Assembly (NCBI GenBank): GCA_043228905.1
Contig: JBHGNT010000003.1
Location: 20,026,001-20,090,000 of the forward strand
Source of the DNA: Azolla caroliniana
Lineage: Eukaryota; Plantae; Polypodiophyta
DNA: 64,000 nt
Reading direction: 5' to 3'
How positions within the stretch are numbered: the stretch's first letter is position 1; every line of letters starts with the position of its first letter. The position numbers and the translations under genes are program-made. Below are positions 49,048-60,883 of this stretch, in pieces. The notes beneath the pieces were generated by a model that saw only the letters and a program-made list of their open reading frames with translations, was not told where the DNA came from and made no database searches.

Positions 49048-51249
49048 GCGCAGTATCCATGCTCCAACACTCTGGACTTTCGGATGGCTTTTGGACGGAG
49101 GCTCTACTTACGACAGTACACATAATAAATATGTCGCCAAGTAGACCTCTAGGACTTCAAATACCTCAGGAAATATGGATTGGTAGTAAGCTGAATTATT
49201 ACTAGTTGAGGATCTTTGGTTGCAAGGCATACACCCTCATACCAAAAGACGATTGCCGAAAACTCGAACCAAGATCAAGGAAATGCGTTTTCCTTGGGTA
49301 TGGACCGGACGACAAGATCGGATATCGACTCTGGGACCTCGAGCACAGACAAATTGTCCGAAGTTCGGACGTTGTGTTCAATGAGTCGGCTATGCATAAA
49401 ACGGCCAAAAGGCCTATTGAAGTCTGAAGGGTAATATTTTCCGAAGTGCCAACCCTTCATGATAGCCCAACCCACAACACGAGATCGGTTTCACGGGTAA
49501 CCGACAACTCTCGCACCGAATCCACCGATTCAGCACAACCGAATGGCTCGGCTCCCGATCATCTAACATCGACACCTGGTGCGACTAGTCTAGTCATACC
49601 TCGCAGATCTGAGAGATTGTCGCAACCTCCGGAGAGGTACTCTCCTGGAATTTTCTTTACCGACGCCAGCGAACTGACGTCTTACGAAGAAGCATCGGCA
49701 TCTGCCGATTCAGCCACATGGCATCTGGCGATGGAGTTGGAAATGCACTCCATTCGGGCAAACAAGACTTGGGACTTGGTTGAATTACCGGAGAATCGGC
49801 GTGCTCTTCCATGTAAGTGGGTCTATCGACTAAAAGAGACGGCCGACTCGACCAACCCAAAGTACAAGGCCAGATTAGTTGCGAAGGGATTTCGACAAGA
49901 ATATGGCGTCGACTTCGACGAAATCTTTTCACCAGTGGTGAAAATGACAACCCTTCGTTTCATGCTCGGCATCGTGGCCGTCGACAACTTGGAGCTGATT
50001 CAGTTAGATGTAAAAACGACATTCCTCCATAGTGACCTACAGGTGGAAATCTACATGGAGCAGCCGAAAGGCTTTGTGGCATCCGGCCAAGAACATCTAG
50101 TCTGCCGACTCACGAAGAGTCTCTACAGCTTGAAACAAGAACCCCGACAGTGGTACAAGAAGTTCGACGACTTCATCCAATCGGTCGGCTTCTCCAAGAG
50201 CGATGAGGACCACTATCTCTTCACCAAAACAACTTAAGACGGGTCTCCCGTCTTCCTCATCATTTACGTGGACGACATGCTACTCTCCGGCCGACATGCC
50301 GAAGAGCTCACCGAACTCGTTCGGAAACTGCAGTTGAAGTTTGCCATGAAGGACCTCGGTCTGACAAGACACATAGTTGGTATGAAGATTAGTTGGCATC
50401 GCGATAAACGATAACTTTTCTTGTCTCAAACCGACTACATCGGACGTGTCTTGGAACGCTTCAACATGTACTCGGCCAAGTCTGCTTTGACCCTGCTCCC
50501 CATTAACCTTTTACTGTCTCAGCGAGACTGCACGACATCCGGTCCGGAGGGGGAAGATATGAAGTCGGTACCGTATACACCAACAATTGACTCCCTTATG
50601 TACGCGATGGTCGCGACACGGCCTGATATTTCTCACGCCGTAGGAGTCGTCAGCAGATTCATGCGACAACCCAGACCAATCGCATTGGAACGTAGTCAAG
50701 CATGTGTTCAGATATCTAGCTGGCACAAAAGACCACGACATTCTTTTTGGCCCGAACTCAACCTTAGGCGTAGTCGGTTACACCGACTCGGACTTTGCCG
50801 ACTGCGTGGACAATCGAAAATCAACAACCGGATATTGTTTCAAATTCGGCAATGGAGCAATCTTGTGGAAGTTGAAACTTCAGGAGTGCACAACCACCTC
50901 AACGATCGAAGCAGAATATGTAGCTATATCCGACGCGGCAAAAGAAGCTTTATGGCTCGGTCGGCTGGCGCACACGTTTCGACAAGTCGACTTCGACTCG
51001 GCTCCAGTTTTCTACAACGACAGTCAAGGTGTTGTCGCTTTGTCAAAGAATCCGGTTCACTACAACGCCTCCAAGCATATCGACATTCGATATCACTTCG
51101 TTCGGGACCGCGTCATTTCAGGGAAAATCGGTCTCGAGAAAATATCCACAACCGATAATGTCGCAGATGGAATGACCAAGTGTCTTTCGGCGGATTGTTT
51201 CTGGTCCCTTCGGCACCAGATGGGCGTAACGAAAAATCGGTCTGGTTAA
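49048..51249 (+). pseudogene. Copia D integrase C-terminus, RT and RNase H
   Basis: KLEPRSRKCVFLGY, YKARLVAKGF, IYVDDML, GYTDSDF, KHIDIRYHFVR; stops and frameshifts. Confidence 0.92.
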
Positions 51250-51851
51250 AGTCAGACACACAACACAAGATGGTTTCGGACCACCGACATCGGTTCTCTG
51301 AGGATCAGCTTCAACTCTTCTGATCCGACTGGTTCGGTCTTTTGTCTTCGGATCTTGCCGACTCTAACAAAACCGATCTGCTCGATAAACCTTGTATATA
51401 CTTGTAATTTTTTAGATAACCCATGTATACGCCCATTACGGGGGAGTGTCGAATACGAGTGTATAATGGCCGTATTCACATTGTCCCTTTGGAAAGCCCA
51501 AATTTGGGCTATTTCTGTAAATAGCATAAAGGGCAGTTGCCCTAAGATAGTCACTATATAAAGTGACTTTGTAACCTTTAGTTAAGGTGGTTGTTAGTTG
51601 TCATTCTTTGTAATTGTTGCTATTGGAATATAACGATTTGTTTGTGCCTCTCTCTCTCTCTCTCTCTCTCTGTGTGTCTATCTTGCTTATGCACATACAC
51701 AGGTTCTTCTTCAAACAGAATGTTGCTTGCACTTCTGCATTGACAGCCTTGACCCCAACACTACCCGCCGACCGTACACTTCAAGTGGATGGTAGACTTA
51801 GTGACGATGCCGATGGGGGTAGAACAAATGAGATACTTAGTGCTTGCACGG

Positions 51852-52683
51852 TGTCGCGTTGTTACGCGCACGCATGTAAAGGGGCGGGACCACGGGGGTC
51901 TCGGATGAGGGAAGGAGGGAAGCCGAGAAGAGGATTCCGGGCGCGTTCCGGAAGCAACTGAATGAGAGAGAGAGAAAGAAAAGGTGAAAGAGAGGGAGCG
52001 CGCGCTTGACACCGACTCACACCCACACACACACACGCGCCGACCCGACTCACGCCCTCATGTACAAGGAACGCAGGGAAGGGAAAGCACCCGACCCCCC
52101 ACAGAGACACGAATATGCACAGACAGACGCAAATGTATATATATTACAAAGAATACATCCCCGGCTTTGAGCCGGACCAAGGTAGGTTACAGCAACGGTT
52201 TGCTGCCAAGCCGCCGAACGGGGAGCTCACGGGCTCGTCGCGCCGAGCGGGGTCTTGCATAGGAGGGCGAGCCGAGGCAATCCTCCAGATCACAACCACG
52301 GCCGAGCGAGCTATGCACAGAAGAAGAGAACTAACCTAACAGCTTGCCGCCATAGCTACAACTCGACTCCTCGAGAAGGAGCAGAAAAAAATAACAACGA
52401 AGAAGAGAAAGAATGTAGCTAACCCTAGAAAGAAAACACAAAACGATATACCCTTCAGACTCAAAAATGGGCAACCCCTCTACAAGGGACCATCCCTTCC
52501 TTTTATAGAACAAGGAGAGGGATGCGTTACAATGTGGGATAAATCCTGATTTACATGGGATTCTTCGTCCCGACTTAACTCCTATTATCCACACAATTAT
52601 ACGAGGGTGAGCGCACATGGTGCACTCCGCCGATGCAACCAATATTCCCCGGTTTCCTCCTCTGGACGAAATTCTTCACGACA
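51852..52683 (-). mobile_element. Solo LTR (TGTCG...CGACA family)
   Basis: Perfect 4-bp TSD ACGG; interrupts the Gypsy C integrase. Confidence 0.92.
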
Positions 52684-53672
52684 ACGGGAGGATCTGACAA
52701 ACCAAGTGGAAGGTCAGGCATTGCAGAACAAGACGATCGTGGCCGTGTGTCGGTTCGTGATCGAAGAGGTGGTTTGCCGATACGGGTCTGTGGGAAAGAT
52801 TGTGCCCGACCGAGCGGAGTTGGATGCGCGAGAGGTTGAGGAGCTGTTCGACCAGTTAGGGGTTAAGCTCTCCCTCACTACGGTGTACAATCCGGAAGCG
52901 AACGGGAAGGTGGAGTGCGGACACGGGCCAATCGTGAAGGCACTGGTACTGGCGTGCGAGGGGCAGGTCGGGAATTGGCCACGACTTCTGCCTTATGTTT
53001 TGTGGGCGGATTGGACTATGCCGGATCTATGCCGAAACCACACAGTTCGGTAACCGGATCTATGCCGACGGAACTCATGTATGGGCAAAAACCGATTATG
53101 CGATGGAGCGGATGATCCCTTCGTGGACTGCGGTCGATTGGACGAGAGAAATGAGTAGGGAGGAGCTGCTAGCAGCGCGAATACGTCAACTTGAGAGGAG
53201 GTCGGAGGACGTGGAACGGGCGAAGGCGAGGTTGTACGCTGCATGAGAGAGGAACAAGGTCCGGTTCGACCAGACACACCGATACGACCAAGGAAGATCG
53301 AGGAAGACGATTGGGTGCTGGTCTACGACAACAGCCTTGATAATCAACACAGGGCTACACGAAAGTTTGTGTGGAAATGGCTCTAGCCCTATGTGGTGAA
53401 AAGCGCAAATGACAATGCCACGTACCAGCTTGCAGAGCTCGATGGGACGAGGATAGCAATATTGGTTGCAGGAAAGCAGATAAAGGCCTTCAAGAAGCGG
53501 CACGAAACGGAAGCAGAAGCGGATATCAGGGGCGAGGACGGCAAACTAGAGGAGCCAGACCATGACCGGGAGGTCGACGGATCGGAGGAAGAATAATCGA
53601 ACAATCGGAATTCCCATCTCTCTTTCTCTCTCTTGGCACATACCAGTGGATGTGTGGTTTGGTGGGGGTGAA

Positions 53673-54514
53673 TGTCGTGGGAAGTTCCGGTTACAAAGCG
53701 AAACAAAGACGGACGTGTCAGAACAGGTGCTTACATTGGTGAAGACCAACATTAAGTCTCTATGTATGAACACATGTAAATAACGTAGGACTAGAACATA
53801 GGAGTTAATGGATACTTTAAGGTCCCACACAGATAGAGAGGAAGGTAGTGAGTATGACGTGAGGAGATCAAGGAAATCTATGTCCGAAGTGGCCGACTTA
53901 ACTACTTGATGTGACAACCCTCTCTCTCCTTGGTCTATAAAGGGAGGGAGAGAGGACTGAGCAGGGATCAACGTTTTTGGGAGGACCAAGTGCTGCCGGT
54001 TTGAGTGTTGAGCTCTCTCTCTCTCTGACTTTTGGCCGGTTCTAGAAGGAAACCTCTGCTCACGCAGGGAGCCCGTAAGGTCTCGACCAGAGGTTCTTCA
54101 TTTCGTTTCCTTGTGCATGTGAGTGTGTGCGAGCGTCTCTCGTGAGCGCTTGGCTTTGTCACTGGCCGTGCCCGGTTTTACTCCTTGGTTCTCTACTAAT
54201 CACTTGTCGATTGAGTTGGATCTCTCGTGTTGGGGTTTCTGTGTTGTTCGTACTTGTTGCGTGTTAATCATGCCTGAGCTCACGTCTTAAGTCCCGTTCC
54301 GACCTTTGTTGCGTGCACGACCGAGTCTGCAAGTTGTGCGTCTGCCTTTGCTTCCCGGTTTTCCGACCGGGACTGGACCAACATAGCTATCCGGACCGAT
54401 CCGGAGAAGCTAACCGAAACGTAACACAAGCCTCCCTTCTTCCTTTCTGACTCGTTGGTCTGAGACCCCCGTGGTCCCGCCTGCTCTAACACGTGCATGC
54501 GGAATACCGCGACA
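53673..54514 (+). repeat. Gypsy C 3' LTR
   Basis: Follows a PPT; TGTCGTG...CGCGACA; TATA-like CTATAAAG. Confidence 0.88.
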
Positions 54515-57360
54515 CCGCTTCCGCCAGGCCATGCAGTGCACAATCTGTCTTAACCTAGGACACTTAGTGGTCAACTACAACATGTGGGCTCACTGCTCTA
54601 TTTGTCACTCTCGGGCGCATACCGTAGACCAATGTGAATACAACCTGCTGAATCGATCCACGATGCTAGTTCGATGTAATAAACCCCAACGTAACAACCG
54701 ACAATCACATTGCTTCTGTCAAGCCTAGCATGATCGCAACACGGAGCGTAATCGTTGTTCGGGTCGACCCAATCGTCATAACTGAGACAATGTCGAATAT
54801 TCAGATGATGATGATCAGGAGGAAGAAGATTATCATTAGAACGATTGACATAACAACTGTGAAAGAAGAATGTGGGTAGGCCGAATCACGGTTGTATGGT
54901 GGAAATCGACAATAGCGAAACCAACGGGACCACGATTGTAGTTCGAAGGATGAGCGATGCCATGATAATCCTCGTGATTACCGCCATATGCCTTGGAATA
55001 CACGGCAACATCAACGACCTTGGGATGAGCAGGCACTACCAACCGAGCTTGTGCCTCCACCCACAGCCGAAAAAGGTGAATTTAGTGTACACTGTTTTCT
55101 TTTGCCAACAGGCAAGCCACTACGTGACTTAGTGCCCACAACACTGTCGTGGGGAATTCCGGCCATGAGAAGAAAAGGGATCGGAGAGGCGTGAACTAGC
55201 GTGTTGTCGAGGAAATCCTCGCGGATGCGTAGAAGTCGGGCAGAACCACGGGGGTCTCGAACCAAGGAATCAAGAAAACGAGGAGGGAGGAGTTTGGGGA
55301 CCGCGTAGGTCTTGAGACCACGGGAGAGTGGGTAAGTCTAGCGAACGAGAAAGAGCAAGAGAATCACGCGTAGACACAGACACGGACCAAGACACTGAGA
55401 ACGGAGTATGTTAGGTAAAGAGAGTTCTATTAAAACACAGGTGCACGATGTTGTGAGTGGTTACAACCGGATCAGAGCCGGTGATGGAGCGTGGAGCTTG
55501 GCAAATCGCCAGGTACAAAGAGACGTCCGTGTGCAGAAGGTCGATTGCCCAGGTCGGGAGCACTCGGGCGTCTGACGCGAGCAAGGGGAAGCGCCTTCTC
55601 CCTCGGTCAGTCCTCCGTCTTTCTCTGTGTATCCTTTCCTCTAGATGGCATCCCCCTAAGACAGTCAAAGGTCGCCCCTTTTATAGCTCAAGGAGCGACC
55701 GTTACAAGCATTCATGACCCGTCACTTTTGTCCTAGATTCTCTCCCCTAATTTACTCTCCTCATAACTCTCCCTACTTATGCAACGTCTATGCTCTAACT
55801 ACTTAGTACCCCTCCTTATAGTCATGCCTAGTACTTGTCTTATTTAATTCCCTCGAGGCGTATACTCGCGTAAACTGGTGTTCTTGCGCATTTCACCTTG
55901 TTTCAACCTATGACCTGGAATCTTCACGACAACGTGCACGGGCGCGCGTGAAAATAAATTGTGTACTTTTAAATAACATAGGACTAGGCTAGGTCGGCGC
56001 GATGTATAAAACTTTAATAGGGCAAATTAAATAAGGGAATAAATCTAGGAGAATCTCTGTCCAGGACGACAGAGATTAATTACTTTATGTAACAACCCTC
56101 TCCCTCCTTAGTCTATAAAAGGAGGTAGAGAGGATTGAGTTAGGGATTGCGCGTTTAGGGAGAACAAAGTGTTGTTGGCCTAGGAACCGAGTGCCTATTC
56201 TCTGTATTCTCTATTTTTTTTCTGTTTGTTTCCTCTTAGGTCGGACACCTCTGCTTGCGTAGGAAGCCCGTGTGCTCCCAATAGAGGCTCCACATTGTAC
56301 TTTGGTAATTAGTGTGCGTGGGTTGCTCGCTGAGATCATAGCTCAGCTACCGGCCGAGCCGGTTGTAACTTCTTTGCCTCCTAATTGAAATGTTGATATG
56401 CGTTTCTTGTTGATCATCTAGCGTGTTGCTTTGATTCCGGCCGAGCCTGTTGTGCTCTGTGCATCTCGACACCTAACGCCCTACACACCCTCCATCTATC
56501 TTATTCTTCTTCTTGAACTCTTCAGTCCGAGGCCCCCTGTGATCCCGCCTAGCTTCGCACACGCACGCGTAGTTATGCGACAACGCGATAAGGGAAAGGG
56601 CCTAGCCGTGAATACCATCACAATGGAAGTCCAGTAGGTGACTACCCGGAGCAAGACACAAGCATCTGAGTGGGCAGAACAAGACAATGTTCGGGAAGCT
56701 GCCAAAGCCTGAGTCAACAAAGCAAATGGGGCCAACATAAATCGCATGCATCAGGAGACGACGACCGTGGCATAATCCTTCCACAATAAGGAGTCGATGC
56801 CGGGGGAGGATCCGGTATGGTAGGCCCTCGCGGATTGTCAGATTACCCTGCCAATGAATAAGCTATTGAATCTGGTTCCACGATTCCGGCAAGTCAAGAT
56901 TCCGACCCACTTCACGGAATCTAGTACGGGGCCAACCGTGGTGGACTACCATAATCCGACTATCATGGTCATCCTACAAGGAGAGGAAATCTTTGGATGC
57001 ATAGTCAATGGAGGGTCGGGTGTTAATGCCATCAGCAAGGTCACTTGCAATCACCTTGGCATTACAGAGTGGGAAGTGTGCCCATTCTGGCTCCGCATGG
57101 CAGATAACGTGATTGGTCTGACCACTGGGACTACTACGAAAGCTAAAAATCATAATCAACAGTCATGCATTTGAGATTGCGCCTGTTGTATTAGCTCTTG
57201 ACGCCCCTGGTGTACCCACTCCTGCTAGGGCACCCATGGCTGTGTTCCGCTAACATCAAGAAGAATTGGCAGCACAACAACATCAGTTTTCGAAGGGGGC
57301 AAACCAAGGTTTAGGTTCCAACACTAGGAAGCACACCGCCCACTAAAGCCATGACTCTGT
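54515..57360 (+). pseudogene. Decayed gag-protease fragment related to Gypsy B, interrupted by solo LTRs
   Basis: RFRQAMQCTICLNLGH, CSICHSRAHTVDQCEYNLL, VTTRSK, NGGSGVN and WEVCPFWLRMAD align with Gypsy B. Confidence 0.88.
55145..56582 (+). mobile_element. Solo LTR containing a nested solo LTR (55205-55931)
   Basis: Outer TSD ACAC/ACGC; inner TGTCGAGG...CACGACA with flanks GTGT/ACGT. Confidence 0.8.
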
Positions 57361-60300
57361 TGTGGCGAAGATGCGTGTGCGTGCGTGCTTCGCTTGAGCG
57401 GAACCACCGGGGTCTCAGACCGGGGAGGACGTTAGCGAAATTGTCGAAAAGATGACGATGTGTATGTAGGAGTCGAGGAAACTAATGTCACACTTGAGAA
57501 GATCAAATATTTTTATACTTGAGAAGAACATAGATGTCAAGAAGACGAATAAGAAGAGTATTATTGATGATGATGATGATGTTCTCCAAATTGACCCCCC
57601 TTACACAAGCCCAACTAGAAGCTTTTATAGGTCTCTACATGCTTGTGACATGCACAAAATCATGGGCTAAAACCATGGTTTTGTGCACACGGTTTTGCTT
57701 ATGACATGCATAAAACCATGGGCTTAAATCCATGGTTTTGTGCCCACGATTTTGTACGTTTGTTTCCTATGGAATACTTAATATGACCAGGAAATATACA
57801 AAATCTAAAGCACTCAGTAGTAGCTTTAGTGGTAAGCTAATTGCCTCCTATCTTGGAGTTGCAAGGTTCAAATCTTACTTGCACCCCCTCTATATGCACT
57901 CAATGCCATTAGGCCCTAGGATTATTTATTATTGATTTAATTTCATTTTTACAAGTATTTGTGTAATGTGTGTGGAACCACACTTTTTCACTTTTTCTCC
58001 CATTGGACGTGCAACATCACGACATCCACCCCCACCAAACCGCACATCCTCCGGTATGTGCCAAGAAGAAAAGAGTGATGTGGCGGGGTCAAAGGTGGTT
58101 GGTCTTTGATTTCCTCCTTTCTTGCACCTCGCCTGCACCATCTTTTTATCCTCTACTTCAAACATGTCTCTTGTTTCTACCCAAACCGTTGTTGCCATTT
58201 GATCCACCATATCATTCACTCACCCTTTGCATTGCCATGTCTGGTTGTCATGGCTCCCTTTGCTCCTCTCGAGCATAACGCTTCATGCCTCGTGCATGTG
58301 CCAACTTCATCCTGACCATCTCCTTGGTCACCTAACTTTCCTTTATCATCCTTTCTTGCCTCATGCTTGCCTTTCCTTATGCTCACTAGCCTCGACTGGT
58401 TGTCACGTCTCGTCTGCTTCGACCTCTGGCTAGGCCGGCTCAACTTCTGTCTTGATCGGTCTCGACCAATCAACTTCTGGCTTGGTCGGCCTTCGTCTAG
58501 ATTCACATTTGGCCGAATCAGACTCAGACGATCAACTTCCGTCTGGGTCCGTTTTCGTCTGGTTTTAGGTTGGGTTGGGCCCAGTTGATCAACTTTCGTC
58601 CGGGTCAGTTTCCGTTCGGGTCGGAATACCAACCGCATCATCATCCATCCGGATTGTATTCCAATTCTTCCTTTCATGTCATTGTCTGGTTCTTCATCGG
58701 ACTCTATTGTAGATTTGGTTTTTGCCTCCTTGTTGGCCACCGTTCCTCCGTATGCGCTAGCTTCGACCCTCATCTCCTCACCGCCACCTTCCATCTCTCC
58801 GGTCTTATGTTGGCTCACGGGCACAACTGCCGAAGTCTCCGGAACCGGTGTGGAGGGATCCCTTCGTCTATGACCATCCTCCTCATCTCCGTTTCGGTCC
58901 TTCGATTTCCTGCCGCCACCTTTTGTCTCTCCGGTCTCACGTTGACACTCGGTCACAACTACCGAAGTCTCAGGAACAATTGTGGGGAGAACCTCGACAC
59001 CATCAGTCACTGTCGACTCATCCATAGATATTTTTCCCTCAACATTGTTATTCACATTGGCTTCAATCTTTGCTTCCCCGCCACTTTCCGTCTCTTGGGT
59101 GTCATGTTGGCTCTCAAACGCAACTGCCCAAGTCTCTAGATCAAGTGTTGGGAAAGTCTTGACACGACCATCCGCCGTGGACTCATGCATAGACATCTTC
59201 AACTCGATGTCGTTCCTCATGACTACTGCCTCAACCACGTCGGCCTCGCACTCTTGATCTCCCTTCATCATGCAAGCTTTGCTCATGCTTGCACAATCAT
59301 CACTCGATAGTTCGGACACAACGTATGTTCCGAAATGCTCGTCCACTCTCAAAGCGGCGTTCCCCGCTCTTGAGTCTTCGACCTTATGCTCGACCATTGT
59401 TCCATTGGTTCTCCACAATAAGAGAAGGCGACTTGGTGCACACCTTCTCTCTTGGTGCTGCCATACCAAACCTGAGCCTTTGTATCAGCCACTTCATTAA
59501 CCCACCTTTGTTGGGAGGTCTCTTCTTCCTCGATCATCATTCGCCTCGATTTGGGCTCCATTTTAAGCTTCTCTTCAGCCTCGACTTGTGACTTTAAGTT
59601 CTCAAATGCCTCTTTCATAAAGACTTCTATGTTGAGCATTCTCAAGCCTTCCCTCTTTGAGTTTTCTTCCTTCGGTGGTGGCATGTTGCCGCATCTCGTC
59701 CTCCTTCGATCGTCCCTCATGGGTTGTGACATTGTCGAAAAGACTCCCATCTTCCTCTTGTCATGTTGTCGGCATACTCTTTTGACTTCGGCCCAATTCT
59801 TGGTGAGGCCATTTGCTCCATCATCGTCCTCAAGATTGATTCCAATTGTTGTCATTTCCTTCCAATCGATTGACTTCACGAACAACAAGACCTTATCCAC
59901 CCCCACCAATCTTTGTTCCCACTCTGAGAGTTGAGCAAAACAATGCTCAAACTCTAGGAAAGCATGCATGGCACTTTGGAGGGACTTCATTGATGATACC
60001 CATTGGTCGAACTCGCGCCAACCTCGTCCCTTCGGTTTCTTGTATTCGTATGCCTCCAATAGAGCTTCCTCGTCCATCTTCATCCTCCCTTGCCGCTCTT
60101 CACCAATTAAGATGTTGAGGAAATCCTTGCGTGTTCACGAAATGAAGCGGGACCACCGAGGTCCTAGACTGGAAGGATTCGATGTTTTTAGCCGCGTAAG
60201 CGAGAAAGTATTGAAGATAGATAGATGGATAAAGAGAGAGAGAGGGAGATTGAGATAGAGATTGAACCCTTGACTTTAGTTTTACGAGACAAGATACATC

Positions 60301-60875
60301 ACCATTAGGATAACTCTGATCTTTGATTAAAAGTTTCTTTTTTTTACATACATCACTTCCCTCCCCTACACAAGCCCAACTATAGGCTTTTATAGGCCTC
60401 TCCATGCAAAAACCATGGGCTAAAACCACAGGCTAAAACCATGGGCTAAAACCACGAGCTGAAACCATGGGCTAAAACCATGGTTTTGTGCCCACGGTTT
60501 CTATATGTTTGCTTCCTACAAAATACTGAATATGAAAAGAAAATATACAAATTCTAAAACACTCAGTAGTGGCTTTAGTGGTAAGTTAATTTGTCTCTTT
60601 CATTGGAGGTGCAAGGTTCAAGCCTTGCTTCCACCCCTATGTATGCACTTAAATGTTACTAGGCTTTAGTCTTATTTTTTATATTTACAATTGAGCGCAC
60701 ATCACACGTGCACATGTTGCATCTAGCTTTTCTTTTACGATTCTCATTTCAGAACTATTTACAACATGCTAGCATATGCGTGTGTCCTTCACCCCTTTCT
60801 CACATGCACATTGCACCTTCTTGATTTCGTTTGTTGCACACAATTTTCACACCGTTGCCGAAAATCTTCACGACA
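57361..60875 (-). mobile_element. Non-autonomous Gag-only LTR element (TR-GAG-like)
   Basis: Diverged LTRs 57361-58024 and ~60113-60875; PPT at 58025-58040 like that of Gypsy E; gag-like ORF 59349-60083 (VLLFVKSID) homologous to Gypsy E gag; no pol. Confidence 0.8.
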
Positions 60876-60883
60876 TCGTTTGA

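Larger units (their letters stand above)
37045..51760 (+). mobile_element. Ty1/Copia D (defective, multiply interrupted)
   Basis: TSD CTACC (37040-37044, 51761-51765); LTRs 37045-37346 and 51447-51760; PBS TGGTATTAGAGC at 37349; PPT GGGGGAG at 51440. Confidence 0.96.
35824..54514 (+). mobile_element. 5'-truncated Gypsy C (Phygy/Selgy-like): RT end, RNase H and integrase split by insertions, with PPT and 3' LTR
   Basis: pol pieces at 35824-37044, 51761-51851 and 52684-53596 read colinearly (ELHPTY|PPTVHFKWMVDLVTMP...LAR|EDLTNQVEG); PPT GTTTGGTGGGGGTGAA; LTR 53673-54514. Confidence 0.85.

Noticed and set aside
2105-60633. Functional tRNA genes at the four A/B-box sites
   Set aside because: None has a clean 7-bp acceptor stem or canonical anticodon loop, so they are treated as tRNA-derived.
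57357-60879. CTGT/TCGT as a true TSD pair for the Gag-only element
   Set aside because: The left flank is a Gypsy B-like protease and the right flank is a chromovirus pol. The hosts differ, implying rearrangement.
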